DNA of 54,396 bases, filler included, from Sphacelaria rigidula (Eukaryota): NCBI GenBank assembly GCA_964200075.2. It is 4 parts of 4 records of this genome, joined end to end, with 100 filler letters (N's around TTAATTAATTAA, not from the genome) between each part and the next. Parts side by side here need not be neighbours in the genome. Positions count along the whole stretch, not along the records: positions 13,627 to 27,152 come from CAXNAA020002829.1; positions 27,253 to 40,777 come from CAXNAA020002830.1; 2 more parts are not named here. The stretch is one strand, 5' to 3'. Positions 13,627 to 28,466 of the stretch are shown piece by piece. Made by a program: the position numbers and the translations under genes. Below the pieces are notes generated by a model. It was not told the DNA's origin. It searched no databases and worked only from the letters and a program-made list of their open reading frames with translations. How positions within the stretch are numbered: the first letter of the stretch is position 1; the number at the start of each line of letters is the position of its first letter.

Positions 13627-15134
13627 TCTGTCCCGGCATTGTAGGGATGCGAGGTCAATGGTCCCATGACTATGGCATGCATGATCATGAGTACACCCCC
13701 AAACACACACAGCCGAGCGATTTTGTGCTTTTAAGAGAAGTTATTTTTGTTTCGAAAAAAACGCTGGTATGTTTTGGCCACAAAATCCAAGTAAAAGTCT
13801 TGGTGCATCCCTCCCTGCGCCTGAAATTTTTAGGACATTTTCAGATTTGTGCACACCTCACATCCATCACCATTGCCGCCTCACCTTGCACCGGGTATTT
13901 TTTTTCTTCGGTGAGCAGTCTCTCTTGTCCACCTGTTGAACCCGCTGCTGATATTACCTGTCGCTCTTCGCTTCGTTACTGTCACATTTCACAGTTTATT
14001 GAGCAGGCTGTGTAGATGGACATGAAGACTTGGGGGAGGGTACTGGGGCCGTGTTCGCCGCTCTAAAACCATAGGAGCTGGGACAGGAGCAACGGGTGAT
14101 CCTGCACGAGGATAAGCGCATCGTGTCTTCGTAAAGTGCAGCACTGTGTCTCTCTGGTTAGTGGGAGGGAGGTAGCTCGGGTTCACTGATTAGCATCGCG
14201 TGCACAGGAAAGTGGTTCCGAGCGCGATGTCTTGGGCAGCAAGCCCACACCCAGTCCGTGTGTTTCTGCATGTAGATTGTTACCGAAACGCGGTGCGAGA
14301 TTCTCCACACACAATTTTTGGCGCTCATTTTTGGCGCAGGTGAGGGTAGAGGAGAGCGCAAAGAACTACCTTGCGAACTGAGCATTCAGCAGTGACAGCG
14401 ATATTCTATATGCTGTAGACACGTCGGGCGCGGGTTACTTCGTGTGTCGCCTGTCGATAAGAGTTGCTCCCGCACGTGCTGTATTGTGTTGGAGTGTTGG
14501 GACAAAGCGAAGATTATTGCTGCCCACGTTTAGTTTGCAGTCTTGACGCGCGAGGCGGGGGAAATATGTACATATGAACCGGTATAAGAGGACTGTGGGT
14601 AGGTGTAGTCCCGGAATGTAGATTCAGCTGGCGACCGTAAATGTTCGGGGTTCATTTCATGCCATGTAAGGTGGAAGCAGCTTGAAGGAGACGTGGTTTC
14701 CAGAGCGGTTTGTGGCATTGGTTGCGCAGAGATGACTCAATCTGTCATATCGATTCACCATAGTACAGTAGTGCCACGAATTTGTCTTGTTTTGTATCCA
14801 GATGTGTTCGATGGCCGTTGCAACTGCTGTCATACATGCGTTGGGAAAATAGGTGACACGTGAGTGCAAGCCGCGTACGTATGTTGTCGCCCTTACTACT
14901 TCGTACATCCGTAGTGAAGCAGAGCCATCGACATGTGACATCCGCAGGCACCTAGCCGTCGTTCTCGGAATAGATGCATTGCAGTGTCATCCCTTCTTGG
15001 AACAAATATACGAACATGACGTGATCGCGTAGACTCACGAATGTGCGGACTTCGGGTGTAGCACTGTGCACGTACGTGGCAAAGCAGGCATGGAAATTGA
15101 CGTCGCCTTCGTCGCCACGCACAACCCAGGAAAT

Positions 15135-16018
15135 ACCATTTATTTTTCTTGCGTACCACAGGATGCTGAGTACGTGGTGAACAGCCACAAGGAAACTAGA
15201 GATTGTATCCTCGGGGGTGGTGGGATTCTCTATCGATCTGTGTGCGATTACCTCGTGAAATACGATGGCCACGCCACCGAAAGCTGGTGTGCCGTAAACG
15301 TTTTATTTGCGTCGACTACGATCCCTTCCGACTGATGGAACTATCTGGCAGGGCGGGCTTTCTAAGTAGAGAAAATCGAGGATGAAAGTCTCATCACCCC
15401 CGGGTGATTTCCTCTCTATCCTGAGGTGTGTACTTCGCACGCGCTAATTTATTTTTCGTGAGGACTTCGTCAACTTATTTCTGTTCACGGCGGAATGACC
15501 CTTTACGAAGTAAAATAGGAACATGTGGGGGAGGAGAGGGCGGGCTTTCTTAACCTTCTACATCCTCGACAGCAAGGTCCTGCAACCATTTCTTTTTCTC
15601 GCGTACCACAGGATGCTGAGTACGTGGTGAACAGCCATAAGGAAACTAGAGATTGTATCCTCGGGAGTTGGCGATCTGTGTGCGATTACCTGTAAACCAC
15701 GATGGCCACGCCACCGAAAGCTGGTGTGCCGTAGGCGGTTTTGCGTCGACTGCGATTTCTTCCGACTGATGGATTTATCCGGCAGGGCGGGCTTTCTCTC
15801 CAGAGAAAATCGAGGTCTAAAGTATCATCACGCCCGGGTGATTTCCTCGTATCCTGGGGTGTGTCGTACTTCGTATGCGCTAATTTATTTTTCGTGAGGA
15901 CTTCGTGAACTTATTTCTGTTCACAGCAGAATGACCCTCCACCAACGGAGGTAGGGACATGTAAGGGGGGAAGGGGCTTCCTTTACCTTGTCTGCATCCT
16001 CCGCAGCAAGGTCCTGCA
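15135..16018 (+). repeat. Two-copy ~450-bp tandem duplication carrying a chromodomain-like exon; the second copy is frameshifted
   Basis: The unit accatt.tttttct.gcgtaccacagGATGCTGAG...cagcaaggtcctgca occurs at 15135-15585 and 15586-16018. Confidence 0.85.
15162..15335 (+). pseudogene. Chromodomain-like coding fragment
   Basis: After a pyrimidine-rich CAG acceptor it reads DAEYVVNSHKETRDCILGGGGILYRSVCDYLVKYDGHATESW, resembling chromodomain EYxV...YLVKWxG...W. A stop follows soon after. Confidence 0.35.
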
Positions 16019-17855
16019 TACTATGCCAACCTCACCGACATGACAGAATACGCATATGCATGATTCAGCAGCTTCTCGTACAAGCTCTTCAATTATGACT
16101 ACCGTATCAAACCTCCTTCCCCACAAAAGTAGATGGTTATTTCACTATCGGAAGTTGTTCCTAACTTGATTGTGATCGCCTGTCTCGGCAGCAGATCGCG
16201 GTTAGCGTAGAGGGTATAAAGAGGCGTGCACAGTCGCATCGTGAAACCGTATAGGATGTACGAAAATACGTATCTGGGTCATGGAAACGAAGAAACACAT
16301 TCGTGAAAAGGGTGGATGTGGATTTCCCATGCCTCATGTCTTCAACTTTCTCTACGTGCAAGTCCAAACAGACGCATGTATGAACACACAAATATGGTGA
16401 CATATGATGGCAGACTAGACAAGAATACCTGGCAGCAGGAACTAAACAGATAGGAGCGACATGGTTGCGATGATGAGGGCCAACATCATTTATCTCTCAT
16501 TCCAACACCAAACCACAAATTCTACCCTTCATGCATCTCAATTCACCAACAAACCAGTAATTTTGATCACCGCGTCACCGAGAGCTGCCACAAGTCGTGA
16601 CGTGTTCATGAAATGCCGTGAACTTCGTATGAACCATGAGCCATGTACGTGTGTGACTCACACCCCGTGGCGCACTTTGGAGGAAGTGAAAGAATACGCT
16701 GGTCGTTACGTACGAATGGCCCGACACCCGAGACTACAATCAGCATACTTCATGACGTCCGGTCGTTTGGTGTACGTGCAGTATGTCTGATGTGTACATA
16801 ACCGTCAGTTTGGTCTATAATACGTAGACAGAAGCGGTGCGAAATTCAAATCTATAAAACTACCCGCCTATAGTGGAACCCTGTATCTGAAATCTGTACT
16901 CTTCCTTCGTGGCGGAGGTTTTAAACCCCCCGCCTATAGGCAGCTGTCGACCAATCGCACGCCGATCGTCACCTGGCCACAAGAACGAATCTCAGCTTTT
17001 CGCACCCTGTGTACCGTGGTTTCACAGTCTCGTCGTCCTCGTCACTAGCGGAACTCGTCGCAACTGATCACAGCCACAACATCACGGAACAAGAACAAGC
17101 ACGTGAAGGACTCACAAGAAGAGGTGAGACTGACACAGAACTAGAGTCGAGGATAGATTCGGGGACTGAAAGGAGGGTAGAGGTTCAGTGGTCAAGTAGC
17201 TGGATGTGAGCTTGCTCGGAGCTGGCAGTACTCGAGTACTTCCAGAACACAGTAGAGTTTGAGCTGTCAGTTATGACAATTCACGGAACCGGAGATGTCG
17301 TTCAAGCACCTCTCTAGCCTGTTTGAGAATCTCCAGACGCGCCGTTCCCGTTCCACTTTCAGGGTGGAGCGCCGCACCGCTGTTGTCTGCTGGCTATTGC
17401 AGCAGGGACCGGAGAGTTTAGTGAAAGCAGTACATACTCCGCGGTATACACGGTAAACTGGTAAAGCTAGTGAAGTACTACTGTACTGTCTACACGGCCG
17501 AATGGTCTTTACGGATGAAACAATCGCCCGTTACCCCACTGTACTGTCATGCAATTTCCGGCCACGACAGTGCACTAACAGAGTAAATTCAGATACGTAA
17601 AATACTCGAACGTGTCGGAATATTCTTCACGGGACGATACTACTGTTTGTACCATCAAGGTGCAACGACGCCCAACCTACAACAAAATCCGTCACGTGGT
17701 CCCGCTATCCTCACACCTACTGCTTTCCCTCCCTCCCTTCTATTTCGCTGTTCTACAGCACTGACAGAAGAGCTAAGGGGGTTTTCGTTCACCCACGGCA
17801 CGGACACCACAGCATACTTTTCAGCTTGCAGAGCGGGTAATTCACGGCGCATCAG

Positions 17856-18926
17856 ATGCACTCTCTCAGCTGCAACTACAACCAAGAGAAGGGCACATCA
17901 AGAGTGAGAGCGGCCATTGCAACGCCATCACGGCCGACTTGCACCAGCATGTCGGTCATGCCGTTGAGGCAACGAGCCACGATGAGTGACCCCTTTCAAC
18001 CGTTCGCCAGCCTTGTGAACGGCCGCCAGGCCGGCGCCAGCAGGGGTGCGCGTGGGCGGCACCACTCAGCGTCTCCATTTGCTCCCGCGGCCAAGGGCAG
18101 CATTTACAGCATGTCGCGCCCCTTTTTGACTTCAACCAACGGGCGTGGGGGCGGCGAGGTCTTCCCACGCAGATCCTCGGGATTCGGCGGCTTCGTCGGA
18201 TGGCCTTTACAACCAGCCGTGCCTGCTGACGAGAAAAACGACGCCAACACTACCGAGCGCCCGCTGAAGTTATCGGCAGTTCTGCCGTTGTCCATTCCCT
18301 GCGCGCCGTTGAGCGAGGCCGATCATAACGCCAATGACGGCGGAGGTAGCGCAGTGGTTGCTAGCGGGTCGAAATCGAAATCGGCGACGGGGGGGGCAAA
18401 GCGCGACGATGGTACTACGGCACCGGCGACGACGGAGGCGGCGGTGGCGGTAACAGCGACGACCACCCCGGGGAAGTACACTACCCGGAGTCGGCGGCGC
18501 CGGCGGCGGGTATCGTGGAGTGGAGTCATCGAAACGCGCGAGGTGGAGCGGGCCCCGCGGCCAGACGTATTTTCGCCAGACCTTCACGCTTTGGTGATCG
18601 CGCGGCAGCTGGCGGCGGCGGTGGACTCCCCAGAGATTGAACAAGCGGTCCAGGACGTGTTGACGGCGCGGCGGCAAGCCGCCGCCGTCGCTCGCTCGAT
18701 GTCGGCGACTGACGGCTGGAGTGGGTGTCTAAATGGTGTGGTGGAGGAGACGTGGTTGGGGTGGAGCGCATGGAACCGGAAGGAGGGGTTGTACTTGCGA
18801 GAAACGGATGAGCTCGTGAGGGGGGTGGTATCTCGTGGCGGCGGTGGGGGCGGCGCGGAGGTTTACCGTTTGAAGGCTGCCTACAGGGCCGCGCGACGTA
18901 GAATGGAGGATGTGGATGCTGAATAG
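17856..18926 (+). CDS. Single-exon hypothetical protein (up to 356 aa) with a low-complexity N-terminus and an RRRRVSW putative PP1-docking (RVxF/W) motif
   Basis: Longest uninterrupted ORF in the window, GC-rich, with a helical-looking C-terminal ~130 aa. The true start may be a downstream ATG (MSVMP or MSDPF). Confidence 0.7.
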   Translation: MHSLSCNYNQEKGTSRVRAAIATPSRPTCTSMSVMPLRQRATMSDPFQPFASLVNGRQAGASRGARGRHHSASPFAPAAKGSIYSMSRPFLTSTNGRGGGEVFPRRSSGFGGFVGWPLQPAVPADEKNDANTTERPLKLSAVLPLSIPCAPLSEADHNANDGGGSAVVASGSKSKSATGGAKRDDGTTAPATTEAAVAVTATTTPGKYTTRSRRRRRRVSWSGVIETREVERAPRPDVFSPDLHALVIARQLAAAVDSPEIEQAVQDVLTARRQAAAVARSMSATDGWSGCLNGVVEETWLGWSAWNRKEGLYLRETDELVRGVVSRGGGGGGAEVYRLKAAYRAARRRMEDVDAE

Positions 18927-21900
18927 CGACACCTAACGACAGCTGGCTCTGAATGTGGTATTGTACTGCTACATGTAGTGGGGGGAAAAAGAGCTGGGCG
19001 AAGTGTTGATAGATGAGAGTGGTGTAGGGTGTAGGGACGACGAGGGGATACCGAGAGCAGCCGGCAAGCGAAAATTCATGTACGGAGTGGCGTCCTTCGC
19101 GCTATCCATGTAATCGAGTTTTCGTCGGTGCCCGTTCCTCACCGATTTTTAGCGGTTGATATTTATCAAGTAGACTAAAAATAGGCAGTTCACTCCAGTG
19201 TGCTGTTTATTTTTTCACTGTTATTATCCACCTATGACGCCGTTTTCCACCTTGATCGTAGAATAAGGCGGTTTGATTTCCCACGTGTACACGCTGAGTG
19301 GGCGTCGCGTTGGATTTCAAGGCTTGTTCATGAACTTCCGGGTTTCCATAGATGCGAACGCAGTAGCAAGGTCATGAAGGGGCATTACCAACGTTCACGA
19401 AACACGTACATGTTTATATATATATATGTCCATAGATTCGAGACATTTGTAATACAGAAGCAGGTAGACTATTTTTCGAGCATAATTTTGTAGAGCTATT
19501 TTTTTGTAAGGACCACGAACATCACTGTAAAGGCCACAGTATAGTGCACTACGAGTTTGGGATTGGTATGTCGATTGTATACATCAACCCGCTCTTGTGT
19601 GTGCGATTGTTCTCCTTTGTGCGCTACCGGTGTTTAAGTTGGAGAAGAGGGGCTTTCGTGAGGATTTTGGTTGTCCTTTACAGACGAACCAGTCATGATT
19701 CCACAGTGTGCGAGAATTTCAGAGTGTAATATCACAACGAAGGTGTTGGAAATTGTTGCCTTCCTTCGCATACGAGATAGAGGACTCACACAGTGTTTCT
19801 TGTGTTGTTTTATTTTTTGTGTCGTGTTGGAAATAGACGATTGTTGCTGTAAAGATAGCAGCGGGGGGGCTACGGAGCGCAAGCGCGCGATTTTGCAAGT
19901 AGTTTCCAAAAAAAAATTAAAAATAAAGAAACTTGAAACGGAAGAACATGCGCTTTCCCAGTTCTCGAAGGAGGACTCAGACCCTCAGTGAACTTGAGAG
20001 CTGATCGGCCGAACGGCATGGTGACGTGACACCCTCTGCCGCCTTGCTTGGCCCGCGACGCGCGCGGTGCGCTTGCCCTCGTGCTGACTACACCCAACAC
20101 AGTGGTGCTTATCCCAACTTCGCGGGAGACCACCATGTTGATGATGAGCGGGGCAGATCGGAGGCGTGTCCCTAGCCGTGAGACCTGTCCGTTGAGAATA
20201 CGCCCTCATCATGCTCTCGAATTACACCCCCCGTTATCCCAAATTTGATGCGTTGAAGCTAAATTACGCGCTTCGGTTCTTGGGTTCTTGCAATCTTTGG
20301 AAGACACGAAAAAGTGCGCCCCGTGTTGTGGGAAGTACATCGACTCGAGCAGCATGAGCGCAGTCTAGAACTTCGGTGAGCCATGGGTCCCAATAACGGG
20401 GCATTTTTTTCAGATTCTTTTGATTTATTTCGGAAGATTGAATTTTTCCGACTTCTGCAAGAAAAATCCGAGGCTTCGTAATTTTTCGGAGATTTGTAGT
20501 CAGTCTTGAATAAATCCATAGCCTGAACTGGTGGAGAAATATGTCCACAATTTTCGGAGGAAAGGTTCCGAAGAAGGAAGATCGGAAAATTCGAAGAAGA
20601 TAACAGGCCCCTTACCCAGAGACAACCCGTAGGAACATCATTTCGCCTAGCTCATATTCGACAAATGGTTGCTACGAATGGTTGCTACTTGTGCATGATG
20701 AACTCAACGGCGAACTGCGACGATACACCAGGTTTCACCAGGACACTTTTTCAGCTGTATAAATCTGAGGGTTTCAGCCCCTGGCGGTGATTTTCTCTCA
20801 TGGACTGAGTTTTTGGATCCCAGTCCGTTGTGCAATGTTCCTCGGCTAGCTGCGAGGAAATCAAATCAAATATCAGATCCTCTGGTCTTTAACGTTTAAT
20901 ATTTCACATTCCCCTCAAATGGAGCCAAGCCTGAGTGTTTCTTTTCCGTCACGTCGTCGGCCTCTCCCCCTCCTCGGGACGAGTCAGTCCGTGGACCCGA
21001 AGGATGAACCCGTCTCTCCCCAGTACACGCCTCACACTTTGGTCTCGCGGATTGGATCAGCAGTCCCGCACCACGCTAACTCCCACCAAAACAAACTCAA
21101 TCAAACTCTCCTTTGCCTCCTCACGTCCTTGAGCTTTCAACGGCGGGAATCGGATACTTCCAAGGAAAAACCCGTACTCATCTGGCGAGGATCGTACATA
21201 CATTATCTCCACTCACATGGTGTCAGTTGAAGCATTAGACCACCGCAGTGTATTCAGGAAGCGAACAGCTTACCCATTGCTCGCTTGTTCAATGGGTGGA
21301 CTGTTCGCTTCCTGAACACGGTGCGGCGGCTGTGTGTGCGTGCTCGTACAGAAGACAGATACGCGGTCTAGATTTGTCCCTAACGAACACATTTAGGACT
21401 CGTCTCCATTTGAATACCGTAGCAATGTAGAGTACCGAAAGCCAACTCCAGAGAATCGAATGGCTGATCTGGTTTCTCACAGCTAGCCAATAAATACTAC
21501 CCAACGCCCTGCAAGGTATTAATAAGGTCCAAAAGCCCAAATCTGCGAGACAAAATCGCGTTCAGAGAGGCTGAAAACCCCATAGTTGTGCACGTGCACG
21601 TTTTTCCCTTTATGAATAATGAAACCAAGAAATTGTTCCAAAATAAACGAAATTTGCCACGGGGCAAGGATCTTGGGATGAAGCATGCAAGGAGATGACA
21701 CTACCAAAGTACGTGTTGGTATGCGGGTGTTTCCTGCACGGGTGTTTCCTGCACGGGTCTGGCTGTGAGTGAACCAGACAGAGTAAGTGATACGGTTGAC
21801 CAACCTAACAAACGTTTTGTCACCAACTTTTATCAAGGGACATGAAATTCGGCTAAAGCCGTTGCTCTGTACATTCATATGGATTCCGTCTGTAAGTCGA

Positions 21901-22292
21901 CCCTGGGTCCTGATCACTGAGCCTGTAACTCAGTAACGTGTGGGCCCCACGACCAAGAATAATGTGGAATCTACTGGGAAGTTGAGGCCAAAGTGCTGCG
22001 ACCCAACACCGCTTATTACGGGATTTGAGATATCGATATCAACGTAGTTGAGGCATGCCTGGTATAATGTCTGCTTGGGGACTGTTATCTTCAATGCGAG
22101 CTTTTACTCAAAGCCACTCCTTACGGCATTTCGATTTTTGGACGTCGGCGGCAGCGATGATTTTTGGGGGGGCGTGCTAGATTTTTTTCTCGTCAGATCA
22201 TCATCCGAGAAGTGGCCTTCGTTGGAAAAACAGCCGAACAATGCCTTGAACGAATTTTGTCGGACATAACGTTCCATAAAAGGAGGTTTCTA

Positions 22293-22730
22293 ACAGCCGA
22301 TCATCGAAATTGAGGATGTAGCTTTTCATTGAGGATGAGAACCCCGAGAATTAAAATCCTCGTATCCACATCAAATATTTGAAATATGGTTCCATTTCTT
22401 CACCTACTAGTAGCTACTGACAACTACCGCACGCCATACAAATTTGGATTTCGATGACCGAATTGTTGGGGTCCTAGATGAAAAATCGATTTCGGGGAAT
22501 TTCGGCGATCCGAGGATCACCTAATTTCCCCCAAAATGTTTCTTCACCTAGGACCCCAACATTTTGGTCATCAAAATCCAAAGTGTATAACGTGTAGTAG
22601 TTTCCAATAGCTACCAGTAGGTGAAGAAGTGGAACCATACTTGGAAGATTGGTGTGGATACGAGGATTTGATTCCTCCGGGTTCTCATCCTCAATGAAAA
22701 GCTCCACCCTCCATTTCGATGATCGGCTGT
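22293..22730. mobile_element. ~440-bp foldback MITE with an apparent 4-bp TCTA target-site duplication
   Basis: acagccgatcatcgaaat / atttcgatgatcggctgt termini, arms complementary over ~190 bp, and tcta on both flanks. Confidence 0.85.
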
Positions 22731-22854
22731 TCTATCCGAGAAAGTTGTTGAAAAAACCCTTGAAAAAATACGAATTTTCTTACACTGTGAAATCTAGTAG
22801 GACAAGATGCGGCTTAACACGCCCATTTTCACCATCAATGTCTGGGGGGGGGGG

Positions 22855-23533
22855 GGTGTACTCATTGACTGCTGGTCTTGGTCATTTGATCATTGGCCAC
22901 GCATCCCTTTCGAGACGGAGCACCGTTCCTACTCCTATTAGAGACACCTCCAACGTTCGGGCGCTCATTACGCTTATTCCATGCATTTCATAAAAACCTT
23001 TTACGTATCTTATCCCCGTCCTGTTTCGCCGTTTGTGGCCAGCATCTATCTCCTAGTATGGCGATCGTTGTCTCGCTACTGTCTGGTCTAATAAACGACT
23101 TCAAGCCACCTTCGTTCAGTTCTCATGTTCCCCCCTCTATAACACGTCCCGCTTCTCCTTGTGTAGTTCACATTATCCCACTATATGACTTCTACTCTCT
23201 ATTGCTTTGTAAATGAGGCAGTTCTGTGTATCTACTTCCTCCTCCACCCGACTACTGACATACCTCTTTCTTCTTTCTGGCAAGTCTAGGTGCAAGTTTT
23301 TCGCGAAGTCCATTGGGCCGTGCAGATATGGTTTCACTCCTTATCCCTTCTCTCAACCCCCCGTGTATCTTCTTCGTTTACCCTTCACGCGACTCACCGA
23401 GCACATCAGGGGGCTTCGCGATTAAGTGATTGCGCGCCTGGTCCGGCGAAAACCCGGCGTGCTTTGTCCCGGCTTTGTAGGGATGCGAGGTCAATGGTCA
23501 TATGACTACGTCATGCAAGATCATCAGTACACC
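22855..23533 (+). mobile_element. Complete ~680-bp non-autonomous DNA transposon with ~55-bp imperfect TIRs (GGTGTACTCAT...ATCAGTACACC)
   Basis: Left end gtgtactcattgactgc...ggccacgcatccct vs reverse complement of the right end gtgtactgatgatcttgc...gacctcgcatccct. Preceded by a G13 run. Ends recur many times in the window. Confidence 0.8.
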
Positions 23534-23589
23534 GCCGTACATCTTCAAGTTCTCCATCACTTACTTGGTGGGGGGGGGCACGTGCAGAG

Positions 23590-24150
23590 AATTTCTCGAG
23601 CTAGCGCACGAGAAGCCATTTCAAGTCCAGTGGCTGTCCGGTGTCACGGTTATTAATGCTGCTCATCACCAATTATTATTCATCGTGCATAGGTGTACGC
23701 TCGTTACCGCAACTAATTCTTCGATGTATGCAAGCAACATGAACAATACCCTCTGGTTATGCTTGGGCAACCCTGATATCTTCGGGGGTAAGCGCGAAAG
23801 GCGCTTTGATTTTGGGCCGAATGCCAAATCGTTTCAGCTGCTTTCTTAGTTTGGCTGCCTATGCGGTCTCTGTCGTCTACATTTATTTGCATTTTTTCCA
23901 TAATCAGGTGGAGCTACATCGTACGACAGACCGGTCATTCGCAAAACTCGAGGCATTACCCTTTCGCCGTACTCTTTCGCGTTGTTGTACCATATGCGGA
24001 GGTACGTTTGCGCGGGCTTTTGCAGTGGCCTGGTTATCAGAATGTCTTGGGTAAACGCCCTGTTTCTAGTCCGCTGATGCCATTACACAACCTCGATTCA
24101 CGTAGTCCAGAAGAAGCTGTTCCCTTAGGCTTAACCTCCCCACCCGGAGA
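23590..24150 (-). pseudogene. Possible pogo/Tc1-like DDE transposase relic
   Basis: Stop-ridden minus-strand translation includes SSINNRDTGQPLDLKW, similar to the pogo QPLD motif. Other motifs are weak. Confidence 0.25.
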
Positions 24151-24692
24151 AATGGGAGCAAGACAGCCTGATTGCGCCCTGACACCGTCACGGTAAAGGT
24201 CTTGCTACGAAGTATTTTGCGGGAGGGAGTCAGCAGAGGTGGGTGAATGAAAGGCAGTAGATGCTCGCCACTAGCATGGGCTCGACCCGTTTTTCCGTGC
24301 AAGAAACCGTCTGCGTGTAGTACCGGTATAATCGATGGCATCCTTCGATAGGAAACAAAGGGCTACACAATGCTGTGCCGTAGGCCCCATCTCGGTAGTA
24401 ATGAACAGTTGTGAAATGCGCAAGATATACCGAATACAAAAACCGCGCCAACAAAAATCCCAAGAGACAACGTGCGTATGTTCACACAAATCTGCTGAAT
24501 CGAGCGCGCTCGAGTAGAAAAAGCACTCTGCTAATTCTTGTCCACCATAAAGGCATGCAGGTCCGTGATCGGTAGTACCCGAACTTGCAGACTGCCATCC
24601 CTACCAACGCTCTCTGTGGAAACTGACGGCTTCAACGCGCCAATCATACCCCTCTATGAAGAGATGAACTCAACAGCCGTTCCCGACTAATA

Positions 24693-26625
<1,933 letters not shown>

Positions 26626-27035
26626 CTGGAAAAACGACACAGGGCGCGGATGTCGATAGCCACGTGGAAGTGAGATGTACAACCATCGCCACACTTCACA
26701 TTTTGAAAAAAAAAGAGCAAGCCTCCAGTAATATATGGTCGTCAACAATTGCACTTCGTCGGGGAGAGTGGTCTGCGGTCACCGCTCGATAAAGTGATGC
26801 CACGCTAGGGAGGGGGTGTTTGGTTCCACGAAAAACAGGGGCTCACAGGTGTGTCAGACGAAATGACTACTCTCGGTGCTTCTGTGTTTGGGTGAAAGTG
26901 GTGTCAAGTGGTATGAGTGAGTGTCTCATATTGGTAACAAGCGCGTTCGAACAAACGTTGCCGCTTTCAACGACGAGTTGACGTGGAGTCTCGTGGAAGA
27001 AAAGGCCCACAATACCCCTCCCCCTCCCCCTTATT

Positions 27036-27115
27036 AGGAGTAGGAACGGTGCTCCGTCTCGAAAGGGATGCATGGTCAATGGTCAAACGACTAAGGCAAG
27101 CAATAAATGAGTACG
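27036..27115 (-). mobile_element. Left-end fragment of the GGTGTACTCAT-family element followed by a C-tract
   Basis: aggagtaggaacggtgctccgtctcgaaagggatgc...aatgagtac is the reverse complement of 22857-22937. Confidence 0.75.
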
Positions 27116-27152
27116 GCGCCCCACGGCCCACCCCCCCCCACACGCCCCGCCC

Positions 27153-27252
27153 NNNNNNNNNNNNNNNNNNNNNNNNNNNNNNNNNNNNNNNNNNNNTTAA
27201 TTAATTAANNNNNNNNNNNNNNNNNNNNNNNNNNNNNNNNNNNNNNNNNNNN
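27153..27252. other. Assembly gap linker
   Basis: N run with central TTAATTAATTAA. Confidence 0.97.
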
Positions 27253-28023
27253 CTCCTACAGTGTCCCCTAGCTCGACTCTGTACACGAGTCACCCTACCC
27301 ATCCGGGCGTCGGTCCTCAGAGGACTGCTTTGTGTTCACCTCGCAATGCCCCCCCGGTGCACGCCAAAAATATGGGCAGAACTACAAGTACTAAAACAGC
27401 AAGAAGATAGTGTAGAATATATTAGAGAACACCCAAGTAATGCTGTAACTTGGGAGAGTGCTGAAGAAAAGGGAAGCTGATGAGAGTGCTCGGGTGAGTG
27501 CGGCGCGTGCACACCCGTCATCTGTACCCTACCACATTTGCACACACTTGGCTGCCAGTACTCGTACGTCACCCCGATCCCCTGTTGTACGTAGACCCGG
27601 CATTACTGAGTATCTGAATCACTCGAATAAACTAATAGGATAACACGCCCCCACGTCGCCGCCCTCTGCTTGCTTCTGCATTGTCCCACATAGCACGTCC
27701 TCGACTACCCCAAATCACGGGATATAGATGAGCAGCATGGGACTCGTCGCATTGCGGAGCACCCACCAGCCTCGTCTGTTGGACCACGTTTTGCTGTTGC
27801 TGCATGTGACGGTGGGAAGTCGGGCCAAGCAAGGTGTCAGCGTCGCCAGCCGCAATGCCCCAAGCCCTCGCACTAGGTTCATCGGAACCAAACTGACGGC
27901 ATCCATACCGGAACAAGACCACCTAGCCACGTCTTCCCCATCGCGTGCAACAATTCCAACCTGGTGGATACAAAAGATTCCTCGTTCTCGACAAAGCACC
28001 CCTTTGTCGGACAGCCGCTTTTA

Positions 28024-28466
28024 ACACGGGATCTTACAAATTAGGGATGGATCTGTTATTGGGGGCGAGAAAGCCGAAGAACTAAAATCGTCGTATTCAC
28101 ACCAAATCTTCAAAATATGGTTCCATCTCGTCACTTACTGATAGCTATTGACAACTACTACAAGTCATAAAAATTTGGACTTCGATCACCGAAATGTTGG
28201 GGTCCTAGGTGAAAAACCAACTTCGGAACCATTTTGGCGTCCGTTCGGACACCCGGAATTACCCAAGATTGATTTTTCACCTAGGACTCCAACCTTTCGT
28301 TTATCGAGATCCAAATTTGTATGGCGTAGTGGTAGTTGTCAAAAGCTATCAGTAGGTGAAGAAATGGAACCATATTTCGAAGATTTGGTGCGGATACGAA
28401 GATTTTAAATCTCCGGGTTCCTCATCCCCAATAAAAGATCCATCACCAATTTATAAGATCCCGTGT
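28024..28466. mobile_element. Foldback MITE related to 22293-22730 but with different outer termini
   Basis: acacgggatcttacaaatt / aatttataagatcccgtgt termini. Internal arms (aatatggttccat...gttggggtcctag) are shared with the 22293 element. Confidence 0.85.
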
